64,000 nucleotides of DNA, taken from positions 124,001 through 188,000 of the IMG/VR virus record IMGVR_UViG_3300046665_000548. One strand, 5' to 3'. Position numbers and translations under genes: made by a program. Under the pieces are notes generated by a model. That model was not told where the DNA came from and made no database searches. It saw only the letters and a program-made list of their open reading frames with translations. Positions 1-10,826 of this stretch are shown piece by piece; position 1 is the stretch's first letter; each line of letters begins with the position of its first letter.

Positions 1-233
1 ACCGCAACTGCAAGCACCTGGGCGCTGTTCAGCCCGCGCTCGCCAAGATCACGGCGCACTGATGACCTCCAACGAGAGAGAATTACTGCTACAGATCGGC
101 CGTTGCATGTCTATGCTTATGGCCGAGGCTTCAAGGGGTCATCCGCACCGAACCCTGTTTGAAGATGTTCGAAACGAGCTAATCGGATCGATGGCGAAGG
201 TGCGTGAAGAATCACCTAAAGAGGTAGGCTGAA

Positions 234-602
234 ATGGGTCGCGCTCGTCTCACCCCGGAAGAACGTGATGCCAAGCGCCGCGAGCGTGCTAAGTTCTCGT
301 TCTCGGACGCCGCCTACACCCATTACAATCCGAAGACCGAAGGCTATGGTTCCTACGAAGAGTGGGTGCACACGGCCGAACAGCTTCTGAACGACAAGGG
401 CATTGCTCGCCCGCAGCGCGCCGATACGCAGTTGCAGCGCGATCTCGCGACGCTGTACTTGGACGCGCTGCCGGAGACTGGCGCGATGCTCAAGACGGCA
501 TTCCGCAACACCCTCAAGATCGTCCATCCGGACGTTGGCGGTTCGAACGAAGCGACGGTCGAGGCCATCAAGGCTTTCGAGCGCCTGTCGAAGCACTATT
601 GA
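234..602 (+). CDS. J-domain (DnaJ-like) protein
   Basis: C-terminal LKTAFRNTLKIVHPDVGGSNE with the HPD motif; GAGG SD upstream. Confidence 0.75.
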   Translation: MGRARLTPEERDAKRRERAKFSFSDAAYTHYNPKTEGYGSYEEWVHTAEQLLNDKGIARPQRADTQLQRDLATLYLDALPETGAMLKTAFRNTLKIVHPDVGGSNEATVEAIKAFERLSKHY

Positions 603-1235
603 AGGATATCCAGATGGTCTCCGCGTCGAGCAAGAAGGAAATGAAGCAGTCGTTCACCAACGTCGCGAAATTTCTGTCCGGTGTACTGGTTGGCGTTGCG
701 ATGCTGAAGTTTGGTTTTGGCGAGCGAGACGCAATCGCGGCGGCGGCGGGCATCCCGCTGATCGTCGGCTTCTTTGTGGATTGAGGACATGGGAATCACT
801 CGCGACAAGTTTCTGCTGAGGCACGTCACGTTCGGAAAGCGTGACGAACACGGCAACTATACTGTCAACTACAAGGGGCAGCGCATCGGTGATGTTGTCG
901 AAGACGGCGGCTACTGGTATGGTTGCCCAACGGGTCAGTCCAAGATCGAAGCGTCTTCGCGCCACAATGCCAGCGAGGCCCTGCTCGACGCCTGGATCGC
1001 GGAGCACGGGGAATAATGGCAAACACTGACGTAACATCTTCATTGAGCCGTTGCCGGTTCAGAGTCATGCTCTGGATTGATCTTCTCCCGGAAGAAGCAA
1101 AGGCAGAAGCGTCGATGGCAATGGATGCACTGATGCATACTGCTATTCGTGAAATCGAGCAGGCGTACCGGGATGGTATGACTCACCGATCCGATGCGGT
1201 GCAGTCTCAAAAGATGAAGAACGGAAAATAGGAGG

Positions 1236-1595
1236 ATGGACCCGTTTTTCTTCTTGACCAGCGATAATCCTCGCGTTCTTACCGAGGACGAGGTTCGGGA
1301 CCTGTTTCTCAAACGTGTGGCGGCTATCTCCAACTACTGGGCTACGAACAAAATCGACGGCGAGCAGGGCTCGGTCAAGGGTCGCTGCGAAGGCGTAGCA
1401 TTCTCCATACTTGCGCTGCTCGATGGCTCCAATGTCGGAATGCCCGGCATGAAGGTTATTCCGAACCCGCACGCCGAGGATGAAGAATATCTTCGGGGCG
1501 ATGGTAAGAATTGGTTTCCGGATGACGTGGATATCGCCGGAGGTCTTCACGAGCATATCCACAAATATTTCAACAACACTCCAGGGGATAAGTGA
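1236..1595 (+). CDS. hypothetical phage protein
   Basis: Strong GGAGG SD; part of a co-oriented gene string. Confidence 0.6.
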   Translation: MDPFFFLTSDNPRVLTEDEVRDLFLKRVAAISNYWATNKIDGEQGSVKGRCEGVAFSILALLDGSNVGMPGMKVIPNPHAEDEEYLRGDGKNWFPDDVDIAGGLHEHIHKYFNNTPGDK

Positions 1596-2050
1596 TGGGC
1601 GAGTATGCACGCAAGCTTCGAGCACGGACGCTCGGCAACACACAAGCCCCAACGGCGGCAGCCGATGCGCCGAAGCAAATGACCAACAGCGAATTTCTCC
1701 ATCAGCGCCAGATGTTCTGCGTGATCGATGGTATTCCATACGTGGCCGCGCCAAACGATTCGCGCTACCATCGGGAATGGATGAACGAACTTGTCGATGG
1801 CGGCCACATTGATGATCGAACCTACAATCAGTCGCCGCGTGGTTTCTACCTTGCGCCAGACATGGTTTGGTATCGCGGGCCGATGCAGCCCGTTGGTATG
1901 CGTGACATTACCGAAAAAATTGCGGTCCTCACGCTGATGATGGCGTTGCCGCAAGAGACCATGGTTTATTCGGGCGCGCGGTCGGGGCACGACGACGTGC
2001 TCAAGGGCGTCAACATGATCGGTACAATTCAGGATATTTCGGAGTATTAA
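1592..2050 (+). CDS. hypothetical phage protein
   Basis: Abuts the previous gene; co-oriented. Confidence 0.55.
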   Translation: MMGEYARKLRARTLGNTQAPTAAADAPKQMTNSEFLHQRQMFCVIDGIPYVAAPNDSRYHREWMNELVDGGHIDDRTYNQSPRGFYLAPDMVWYRGPMQPVGMRDITEKIAVLTLMMALPQETMVYSGARSGHDDVLKGVNMIGTIQDISEY

Positions 2051-2051
2051 G

Positions 2052-2624
2052 ATGCCCCGCTACGTCTGTCAGCATAACGGAATATGGTTCGAATGGTCCA
2101 CCGTCGTGGACGCTCCTGTCACGTATGGGATGAACAAGGAAGAGTTCATCGCTTACTACCAGGAAGAATACGGCAGGCGTGAGCGCGAGCAAGGTGCTCA
2201 GGACGCCGTTGCGGCCCGAATGACTCGCGCCGAGGTGAAAGGCACTTCTGCGTTGAACTATTCATCGCTCGAAGACCTGATCGTGGCCAATCGCGCGGGG
2301 TACCGTGAGAAATATCTCACGCTGAAAGAGATCGAACGCATCTACCTGATCGAGAAGCGTGACCTTGTTGAGGGCGATGGCACGAAGATGTGGCACGAAA
2401 TGCATGACGACAAAATTGAGGTCGCACTCGTTTCTCTCAACAAACATCTGATCGACAATCCAGGCGAAGAGATCGCCCATGTTCGAAATCGCGGCAAGAC
2501 AATCCAAGTCTTCCGCAAGAACGATCAATACGCGGTGTTCGCAGATGGCGTCGAACGTCATCCGAAATGCACCCCCGAAGATGCCATTCGTGCGCTCACC
2601 ACCTACATGCACGACGGAAGCTAA
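2052..2624 (+). CDS. hypothetical phage protein
   Basis: GGAG SD; 190-aa ORF in an operon. Confidence 0.6.
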   Translation: MPRYVCQHNGIWFEWSTVVDAPVTYGMNKEEFIAYYQEEYGRREREQGAQDAVAARMTRAEVKGTSALNYSSLEDLIVANRAGYREKYLTLKEIERIYLIEKRDLVEGDGTKMWHEMHDDKIEVALVSLNKHLIDNPGEEIAHVRNRGKTIQVFRKNDQYAVFADGVERHPKCTPEDAIRALTTYMHDGS

Positions 2625-2914
2625 TCATGGCGATAAACGTGCTTCTTCTAGTACGACTTGATAGTCTTCTAGAAGAAGTAAGCTCGCTCAGGAAAGTTAT
2701 TGCTGAGCAAACTCTCCAAGAGCTAACGGAAGAACCGAAATGCCCTGCGTGCGGAAGCGGTGTGTTGCGGCCGAAATGCATGTTAGCGTCGGACGATTGT
2801 CCTCGCCATCTTATAGTTCAAGAGTTGGGCGGTCACGACCGACTATGGACTCGCGTGCGTGAAGTCACGAAAGTAAAATTCATTCAAGATTTGGACGGAC
2901 GGAAGAAATAATAG

Positions 2915-3883
2915 ATGGCTAATAAGTTTGTAGGCCCGACATTGGCGGCGATCACGATTTTCATGAAGTCAACAAAACTGTTGGCTGTATTGAAATCCGT
3001 CAGCTTCGCCAAGCCTCTGATCACTGTCATATCGATGCTGATCTCGGCCATCGTTTACGGGCTATGGCTCGGACCGTGGTTCGGCATCGGTCTCGTAGGG
3101 ATCATCTTCGTTCACGAGATGGGGCATATCATTGCTTTGCGTCAACGAGGTTATGAGACGCCCGGACCTGTCTTCATCCCGTTTCTCGGCGCGGCTATTT
3201 TCGCCCCGAAATTCGAGGATCGAGACACCGAAGCTTATGTGGCTTTCGGCGGTCCGCTAATCGGGACGCTGTTCGCACTGATCACCTTTATCGCGTGGTA
3301 CGTCACGGGTTCGGAGATTATGATCATGCTGACTTACATTGGTGTGTTCTTAAATCTTTTCAATATGCTTCCAATCAGCCCGCTCGACGGCGGACGAATC
3401 ACACAGGCCGTGGGTTCTTGGTTCAAATGGATCGGCCTCGGTCTGTTATTGGCGTACAGCTTCTTGATGGCGCAGCCGTCTATTCTGCTGATCTGGATTC
3501 TGATCCTTGATAGTTTCGAGAATATGCCACTCCGCGTACGGCCGATCTTGGCGGGATTGATCACTGTTGTGATGGGTGTGTTCATGCTGCTCGGATACGG
3601 CTCTCAGCCACTGTGGGTTAATTGGCTGGATATCTTCCTGGCTTGCTTCTTTGTGTGGATGTTCAACTTTCGCGACAATCAGCGAGTGAAAAATCCAGAG
3701 GAAGAAGAGAAGCCTGACCTCCGACCGGCCGCGACTCCGGCGCAGCGACGGAAATGGCTGGTTTGCTTTATCGGCCTCACTGCCGTGCTTGCAGGTCTGT
3801 TGGTTATCACGGTCGGACATCTTCCTCAGAAGGTGAAGACGGATGCAGCCACGATGGCCGCTCCAACGCCAGAGAAGCAATAA
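2915..3883 (+). CDS. site-2 protease family (M50) membrane metallopeptidase
   Basis: HEMGH zinc motif, GGP, NMLPISPLDGG, multiple TM segments. Confidence 0.9.
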   Translation: MANKFVGPTLAAITIFMKSTKLLAVLKSVSFAKPLITVISMLISAIVYGLWLGPWFGIGLVGIIFVHEMGHIIALRQRGYETPGPVFIPFLGAAIFAPKFEDRDTEAYVAFGGPLIGTLFALITFIAWYVTGSEIMIMLTYIGVFLNLFNMLPISPLDGGRITQAVGSWFKWIGLGLLLAYSFLMAQPSILLIWILILDSFENMPLRVRPILAGLITVVMGVFMLLGYGSQPLWVNWLDIFLACFFVWMFNFRDNQRVKNPEEEEKPDLRPAATPAQRRKWLVCFIGLTAVLAGLLVITVGHLPQKVKTDAATMAAPTPEKQ

Positions 3884-4172
3884 CGCATGTTGCCTGGACA
3901 CCCTTCCCACGGTCTGCCACGACGTTTCGGGTATCTGATGCGTAATTGCGGCCTATCGTATCGCAACTTTTTAGTTGTCACGAGACCGTGGCAAGACTGG
4001 ACCGAGTTGGGGCCGATCAAGAAACGTCTCGGGATCAAGACCAAATACAAGGTGGAGCCTTGGACACCATCAACGACGACAGTTCGTTGGTGGATCGCGC
4101 TAGTATGCGCATTTTTATTTGGACGTTACCTCTAAACTTGACCATTGGGGATGCATCGCTGTAAATAGAGAC

Positions 4173-4211
4173 ATGCGTAACCCTCGAAACCCAATCTTTG
4201 CTGTCGATTGA
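4173..4211 (+). CDS. putative leader peptide MRNPRNPIFAVD
   Basis: ATG 5 nt after TAAATA (4162-4167); its stop lies in a hairpin (4204-4234) abutting the GAGG SD of the next gene. Confidence 0.55.
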   Translation: MRNPRNPIFAVD

Positions 4212-4242
4212 GCGGACTTTCCCGCTTTAATCGAGGTACATC

Positions 4243-4812
4243 TTGTCTAAGAAAGATTGGCGCAATCTGGGCGCTGTAACTGTTTGCGACTACAACAACC
4301 GTCGCTATCAGTTCAACTCTCTTGCCGAAGCTGCTCGTTACTTTGAACGCTACATCCCCGACCTGAAAAAGGGTCACCTGGGATATGAGCAGTTTGAGAC
4401 GCGTCCCTACCGGCGAGTTTTCATCGGCGGCGATAGCCACGTGTTCTACGACGAACTCGGGCTCACCATTCCTGTGTGGAAAGTTCAGGAAGCCTGCCGC
4501 AACCTGCCCTACGAAGCCCGCAGAAGCCGCTGGAGCCGTTTCCCTGATTACGATCATGCCAAGCACTACCGCAACGGTAGCGTGCCTGGAGTGCGTTGTA
4601 GGCGCTGGCATCGCGGCACTGGATCGCCGCGTCTCCACACTCAGTCGGAGATTCGCGAAAATGACTTTGCGAACAACTACGATGAGGACTGCGCGGAATT
4701 CCAAATCAAAACGCGCGGGCGGCGCTCTAAGCTTCCCCACCAGTGGGACGATCCAATGCGCTCGCGGCGCGGCGACGGATGGAAGCAGCACCGCCACAAT
4801 CAGTGGCGGTGA
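4243..4812 (+). CDS. Arg-rich hypothetical protein (TTG start)
   Basis: GAGG SD at 4233; 189 aa; basic C-terminus LPHQWDD...WK...QWR. Confidence 0.65.
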   Translation: MSKKDWRNLGAVTVCDYNNRRYQFNSLAEAARYFERYIPDLKKGHLGYEQFETRPYRRVFIGGDSHVFYDELGLTIPVWKVQEACRNLPYEARRSRWSRFPDYDHAKHYRNGSVPGVRCRRWHRGTGSPRLHTQSEIRENDFANNYDEDCAEFQIKTRGRRSKLPHQWDDPMRSRRGDGWKQHRHNQWR

Positions 4813-5242
4813 CTCAGACTTTTCGGATCATATAGTAGAGGTCCCAGACAAGGACCGAGACTGCGCCATCTTCGTGATCTTCCCACGGCCACGCCTCCTC
4901 ATCTGGAAAGGGCGGAAACGGAAACAGCATCACCGATGGGTCTTTGCGCGCCCAACGCGCAGACGCTTCCATACCGGCATGAAACGCTACCCGTGCTTGG
5001 GCATCAAGGAGAGTGGGAACCTCCGTAAACCCGTTCATCTCTACTAGCGCGTCATTGCAGTGAACAGTGAAACTCATGTGCTCAAATCGATGTCAGGGCG
5101 GACCCGAGTTAGGTATACGAATGCAGTGGCGAAGCCTATTGCCCCCGCCAAGTTATCCACGCGCGGTAGATCAAACATCCAACAAACTGTACCAGCGAGG
5201 GCTAATGCGGCCAAAGCTCCTCCGCATGACAATCTGACCACT

Positions 5243-5629
5243 TCAAGAAACCTGCGCATTTTTCATCATTTCTTGTTCGAGTTGACCCACGTCAAGAACA
5301 GGCATTGCGGTAATGTCTATCACGCCTTTGTATAGAAATACACCAGGAACGTCTATCAGATGAGGATCGTGTCTTAGCATGGTTTCATTCACGCGCGCAT
5401 CATCGATAACAATAACACGAAATTCTTTTAGCTGTTGAGAAGGAATACTATTCTCGTCACCCGCGTCGATATAGTGCTCGATCAGAAAATAGAGACAGAA
5501 TTCTGGCGTAAGACTGAGATAGACGCCGTTGTCACAGTCTGGATAGTTCTTCTCTACCAAAGCTCCGCCCAGCCCAAACCGGCGAATACTCGGGAGCTTC
5601 CAGGAGTGGGTTCCGTGATAGTAGGGCAT
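5243..5629 (-). CDS. ADP-ribosyltransferase-like / KptA-Tpt1-like fold protein
   Basis: YYHGT...IRRFGL...GVYLS pattern typical of the H-type ART/Tpt1 fold. Confidence 0.55.
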   Translation of the reverse strand: MPYYHGTHSWKLPSIRRFGLGGALVEKNYPDCDNGVYLSLTPEFCLYFLIEHYIDAGDENSIPSQQLKEFRVIVIDDARVNETMLRHDPHLIDVPGVFLYKGVIDITAMPVLDVGQLEQEMMKNAQVS

Positions 5630-5705
5630 CCAACGATGGTACCAGAAATATTTGGTTTGACCAGACAAGCATGATACCCAAGTGCATTGACTGGAAAGTT
5701 TTCGC

Positions 5706-6170
5706 ATGCTCGGATATTCGTACGAAGTTGATATCGTCTCAACACCCCTCTCAATCGATGAAATCCGGTCCTGGCTGGACGAATTTTTACCGCCAGAGCG
5801 ATGGAAGCTGATGAAGCATCCTTATGAGGATCGGTGCGTGCTGTTGTGGTTCAGGTTCGAAGCTGACGCTCTCATGTTCGGCTTTGCACATGATCGGAGA
5901 CCGAAAAGCGGTGCACTAGTTTATCTGTCGATGCTATCCCGTCTGGCATCCATATGCGTATTGGCGGGCATGATGCTTTGGTTGTATCTTTGGTCCAGAA
6001 TAGGATATCATATTGCTCGTCTCTTTCGAAGCAAGGATCATCTCGTCTATGAACCGGAGTTTGACGAGTTCGTAGAAGACCTAGTTCACGTTAGATTTCC
6101 ATTTCTACGAGGATTTGGTCAGTGGTTTGAAGATTGGCATAGAACTGCAACAGGAGGAGGCGAACTGTGA
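5706..6170 (+). CDS. hypothetical protein, F-x-F-x3-DA-x2-F paralog family, with TM segment
   Basis: WFRFEADALMF motif shared with other small ORFs in the window. Confidence 0.55.
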   Translation: MLGYSYEVDIVSTPLSIDEIRSWLDEFLPPERWKLMKHPYEDRCVLLWFRFEADALMFGFAHDRRPKSGALVYLSMLSRLASICVLAGMMLWLYLWSRIGYHIARLFRSKDHLVYEPEFDEFVEDLVHVRFPFLRGFGQWFEDWHRTATGGGEL

Positions 6171-6393
6171 TCTGTCAGGCGCTCTGGTTTCTGATCAAAG
6201 AAGGTCTGTTCAACTACGTCAAACATATGGGTTTCATATCCCATGAGGTCTACGTGGTCATAGAAAGCCATGGCTATCAGGAAGGCAACAAAATCTACCT
6301 TCCTAAGACCCGTGTGATCTCCAAGCTGAGGCTGCCAGGATTGAGCAAGATCGTCGGTCGATACCATCACGTCATTGAGCGTGAGTTGGTACT

Positions 6394-6792
6394 GTGACGG
6401 AACAGCTATGGGCGTTCGAAATCGAGCGCATGGGGATGTCTACTGATCTTGATCCCCATATAGATTCCCTCCTCAGTGCTGTTGGAGACGCCATAGATAA
6501 ATTTCGAAACAGTCCTTTTCCGCTGCGTGAGTGGTTACAGAGGTTCGATACGCTCATGGATTGGGTAGAAAAAAACCAAATTGAATGCTCAGTCTCTTAC
6601 GAGCTAATCGGACATGGCGTGAGCCATACCGGAAAGGTCGCGCATGTTCGTCTTATGCTAGTAATGGACGAGAAAACTGCTACGTTGTTTCGCTTATATC
6701 ATCCAGAGACGAAGCACGAACCATTCGAACGCCACTGGAAAGAATGCAAACTCAAATGGCCAAGAGTATCCGATGACGCTGTATGCGTTTAA
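6394..6792 (+). CDS. hypothetical protein, paralog of 6773-7210
   Basis: LVMDEKTATLFRLYHPE vs LVMEEKEASLFRIFFPE. Confidence 0.6.
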   Translation: MTEQLWAFEIERMGMSTDLDPHIDSLLSAVGDAIDKFRNSPFPLREWLQRFDTLMDWVEKNQIECSVSYELIGHGVSHTGKVAHVRLMLVMDEKTATLFRLYHPETKHEPFERHWKECKLKWPRVSDDAVCV

Positions 6793-7210
6793 GCTGGTCG
6801 ATAGAAATCTCTACGTATGGCCAGAGGCCAACATCGTTGATCCATTCGGCAGTTATCTACGAGACGACGCTATACTGCGTAAGAAGAGAAATGTATTTCT
6901 CGCCGCGATGAAGCACGTGGAAGAAAACCAAATCGCTTCTGCCACTGCCTGTCGCATTATTAAGAGCGACAATTGCAGCATTCGTGACGGGCAGCTTTAT
7001 CGGCGTGTCCACGTCTTCTTGGTAATGGAAGAAAAAGAAGCTTCGCTCTTCCGCATCTTTTTTCCAGAATTGAAATGGGAGAAATGGACCAAGACGCGAT
7101 TGAACAATGTGAAAAAACCGAAGCCGTCTAATTTCGAATTCGCTTCTTGGTACGCAACCATGCGCGCAAAGAAGACACTGGCGTCAGCCAAACAGACACC
7201 AGCCCAATAA
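6773..7210 (+). CDS. hypothetical protein, paralog of 6394-6792
   Basis: Shared motif, also VEKNQI/VEENQI. Confidence 0.6.
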   Translation: MTLYAFKLVDRNLYVWPEANIVDPFGSYLRDDAILRKKRNVFLAAMKHVEENQIASATACRIIKSDNCSIRDGQLYRRVHVFLVMEEKEASLFRIFFPELKWEKWTKTRLNNVKKPKPSNFEFASWYATMRAKKTLASAKQTPAQ

Positions 7211-7994
7211 GAATCGCGCAGACTATCCAATAGGTGCTCACCAAGGTATTAAGCCGCGACGCTTCGCATCGTAGTCATCCGCCTCTGCTTGAGTGCTGAG
7301 TTCGCGCACATCAGCCGTAGACCTGCCAGTCACATAATCCGCGAACTTGCCCTGAGCTTCATATGGGCGGATGCGATAACCGTTCGGTTTCACTCCTTCG
7401 ACCTTGCCGAAGCCAACCTCGCCCATACCTTCATAAACCATCACGAAATCACCGACCTCAAATACCGAGTCGGGAGCATCCGAGATAGCCTGGACGATTT
7501 TGGCCGCGTATTCGTCAGTTATCGTCAAGCCTTCATACCTGAGCATTTCGTGCAGGACTTTGATTTTCTGGTTAATCATCTTTGCTCACATTTCGGATCA
7601 GGACCCGCTTGCACGTAGTCCCAACTTTGTCAAATCAAGTTATTGGGTACAGGTTGTAAATTAATGGGTATTGACCCTGGAACAAACGGGAGTTCAAATT
7701 AACGGGCGATGAACGCTAACCACATTTAAGGGGCTTAGTATGATCTGCACCGTTGTCGAAGCTCGCTCCCTGAATAATAACGCAAAGATTCTAAAAAATA
7801 ACATTTCCCCTCACGAAATCGCCTGCCTTTACCACCTGACAGAGGGCGACCTACAACGAATGAAGGCAGAACTAATTCGGGTGGGGATTTATTACGTTAC
7901 GACGAATACCGTCATCACTCTACGACATGCCGTACATTAATATCAAGGTATCCTCTTGATCAGGGGTGTAACCACTCCAGATCAGGGTATCTGA

Positions 7995-8414
7995 TCAAGT
8001 ATCTCCACGGACGCAATTGAAGCCTAGCGGGGCGAGTGACTGCTCGATACGGTCAGCCAGGAAACGAATTTGATTGTGACCGAGGTGATGTTCGGCTGAT
8101 CGGTTGTACTCTTCGAGAGCTTCCTCGATCTGATGCCAATGAATATCATCTCCTTCGTCACACTGTGCCATCAGGCGCTTGACGATCTTACGGCAAATCT
8201 CGTCGTCCGACATCGGCAGACCATCTTCGATTTCATCGATAGTCACGATACGACTATCCAAACTCTTCGCAACGTCAATATACGACCAATCGACGGTAGC
8301 ATTGCTCAGATGAGGATGGATACCCTTGACCTCTAATGCCTCTTGAATGACTTTAGCCAACGTAGTTTTACCGGACCCCTTCGGGCCGCAAATCTTAATC
8401 GTAATGCTCATCAA
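7995..8414 (-). CDS. P-loop-containing small protein
   Basis: Walker A GPKGSGKTT near the N-terminus. Confidence 0.6.
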   Translation of the reverse strand: MMSITIKICGPKGSGKTTLAKVIQEALEVKGIHPHLSNATVDWSYIDVAKSLDSRIVTIDEIEDGLPMSDDEICRKIVKRLMAQCDEGDDIHWHQIEEALEEYNRSAEHHLGHNQIRFLADRIEQSLAPLGFNCVRGDT

Positions 8415-8438
8415 TACTCACAAATGAAAAAGTAGAAA

Positions 8439-8897
8439 TTATTTAACGACTACTGCCTTCAACGCGGATGCTGCACCGTAGAGCGAGAATTCAATCATCT
8501 CACCACCGTCGTTGGAGGTCATAAACGTAATAAACATACGCCTACTCGTTGCCAGCTTCTCTCTAAGATCGGCATCTATGTGGAGAGAACCTTCACACGA
8601 AGTCTGATCGCAGCTATCGTAGAAGCCTAGACCGTACTGCTTGCCGTCGAAACCGAAAGCAAACCTATCCGTGGCGCGCGGCGTCTTAACCTGGAGTTCA
8701 ACCCTGCGATGCTCATCCGACGAAATGACCAGCTTAGTCCACACGCTGTCATTATTCGCGGGTTTTGCCGTTAGGGTTGCTATACAATCGTCGTTTAGGC
8801 AATCAATAGACCACTGACCTGCGCTCTCTTCTGCAACAGACGCCACCGGGGTCGCCATGAGAAGCACCGCAAGACTTTTGAGGATCATCGATTTCAT
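8439..8897 (-). CDS. secreted IalB (invasion-associated locus B)-like protein
   Basis: Signal peptide, GQWSIDC...C, C-x4-C, FSLYGAASAL C-terminus. Confidence 0.55.
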   Translation of the reverse strand: MKSMILKSLAVLLMATPVASVAEESAGQWSIDCLNDDCIATLTAKPANNDSVWTKLVISSDEHRRVELQVKTPRATDRFAFGFDGKQYGLGFYDSCDQTSCEGSLHIDADLREKLATSRRMFITFMTSNDGGEMIEFSLYGAASALKAVVVK

Positions 8898-9088
8898 CTG
8901 TAGACCATAACTCGTTCGAACCGGTGCACGCAATATAAGCAATCAAGCTCGATTGATAGGCGCAGGCGGTCCCGGTCGCTCTAACGTGCCGCCGAAAGCC
9001 TTCCAGCGGCTCAGATCATTCACTCGAAGCCTCCGGCGCGGCGGTGGTGCTAGGAGAAGCGCAAACACCGCAAGACCAACAAGCCAAA

Positions 9089-9349
9089 TCATACCGTTAC
9101 TCCCGGAATATGTGCGACCCAGCCGTGGTTCTCTTCCAACTGCTCAATCCGACGTTCCTCGGCCTGCGCGGCGAGTGGACTCATTGCCATCGAATTCTCA
9201 ATCATCTGCCGCATAAACTCGGCAGGCTTGAGCTTCAATTCAGCAGCACGCCTCTTGACGTAATCTTGATGCTCGCGGCTAACCGCAAAGTTCATCGTGC
9301 ATACGAGAGAAGTTCTTGGGCTTCGCTTCCCCAGGTTGATCTTATACAT
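9089..9349 (-). CDS. possible ribbon-helix-helix DNA-binding protein
   Basis: TMNFAVSREHQDYVKRRAAELKLKPAEFMRQMI pattern. Confidence 0.4.
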   Translation of the reverse strand: MYKINLGKRSPRTSLVCTMNFAVSREHQDYVKRRAAELKLKPAEFMRQMIENSMAMSPLAAQAEERRIEQLEENHGWVAHIPGVTV

Positions 9350-10077
9350 TCACGCTCTCAAGAACAGTCGGGATATTAGCTGTGGACATTTCGCGAATTC
9401 TCTTTCGCTCGGCGGCTCTGTTTCGTGCTTGATACTCGGGCCACACCAGAATGAACAGTGATAGCAATATGCCCGCAGCGATAGCGATCCATGCAGCCGC
9501 AGTGGCCATCTGAGTATGAACCCCATCAGCTAAGACCTTATCTAGAAGCCAATCAATCCCTATCCACGCCACGGCATCAAACGCGAGCGCGTAGAGGAAC
9601 AACTTCCAATACGATGTTGGAATGAAGGTCTCGGGCTTGTCCAGCCGCATGAAGCCCCACTGGGCAAGACCAGATTCTATCTTTGCCTCAGGTCCATTCC
9701 ATCGGCCAAGAATGTTATCGGTTCTCACGATGGTTTCCACCGTGTCGCCCACACCATTTCCGAACAGCATTCGATACTCTGTCATCATATCCCCAACAAC
9801 CAAAGAACGAATTTTCCCCTCTCTATCACCCAAAACGACCTCTAACAAGAGAAACCAAATAACTTTAGAAATCTTTGACAAAATACCAAAGCATGCTACG
9901 CATACCGTGCTCGACGCGGCTCCCAACTGCACTCACTGAACCGTTACGCTTACCTGCTGTGGACGGATACTTGGAATCCCCCTCCAAGGACCAGTGGCGC
10001 GAAGAACAGGGTAGGGGACGGGGCTGCGTGGTGTAGGCTGAAGGCCCCCTTAGCCGCGTCGGGCACAAGGAGATCGC

Positions 10078-10464
10078 ATGAGAACCGAACCGATAGCTGA
10101 AATTTTGAAAAAAGCTTTCGATGAAGAAAGCCCTATTTCAGTTGCCCTGGTTGAAGCCGCTGGCAGAACCAAAGACGATCTGGACAATTTCCTGAACCAG
10201 ATCGCGATCATGATGTGCATCGATGTGGATGGGTATTGCGTCATCTCTCAGAACGATCTCATGAATTTGCGCATTGCGGCCGGACACTACGCAGACCTTA
10301 GCGAAGCCGCTATCCATCAAGTCAGAGAAATCTGTGTCGCTATGGATGCCAACGCGGCCTTCATAGATGACGCCGTGGTCCAGGCAATCCAGATCGCGTA
10401 CAAACGGGGGCAAGCTGGCGAACCATTGCAGCCGCCGCGCCCTACCGAGGAAGCAGCAGGATAA
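10078..10464 (+). CDS. hypothetical protein
   Basis: AAGGAG SD; preceded by a long structured leader. Confidence 0.6.
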   Translation: MRTEPIAEILKKAFDEESPISVALVEAAGRTKDDLDNFLNQIAIMMCIDVDGYCVISQNDLMNLRIAAGHYADLSEAAIHQVREICVAMDANAAFIDDAVVQAIQIAYKRGQAGEPLQPPRPTEEAAG

Positions 10465-10826
10465 TGCAAGGATACCTCTATCTGTCGCAAGAGCGCATAG
10501 AGATGCTTCTAAAGCTCAACATCCCCGATCCGGAGTTGGTCAAAACCTTAGAACATCATCTAGCACGCTATACCGAACAGGATTGGATAACGCTGCGGGT
10601 GAGATTCGGTCTAAGAAGCCGAGATGCAGCAAGTTCAATGTTTCGTTGGTGCAATGAGCATTTTGGAGACAGAAATATGATCGACCGTCGCTGGTATGTC
10701 GCGACAGATCATAAGACTAAGCTCTATCGCCACATCCGAGTTGCTTTCCGCTATCCAGCCGATCAGATGCATTTCAAGATTTACTGGCACGACAATCTGT
10801 GGGAACCGAAGGTGAAAGAAGCATGA
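10464..10826 (+). CDS. hypothetical protein, F-x-F-x3-DA-x2-F-K-L-x-W paralog family
   Basis: WCNEHFG...RW...FRYPADQMHFKIYW. Confidence 0.6.
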   Translation: MQGYLYLSQERIEMLLKLNIPDPELVKTLEHHLARYTEQDWITLRVRFGLRSRDAASSMFRWCNEHFGDRNMIDRRWYVATDHKTKLYRHIRVAFRYPADQMHFKIYWHDNLWEPKVKEA

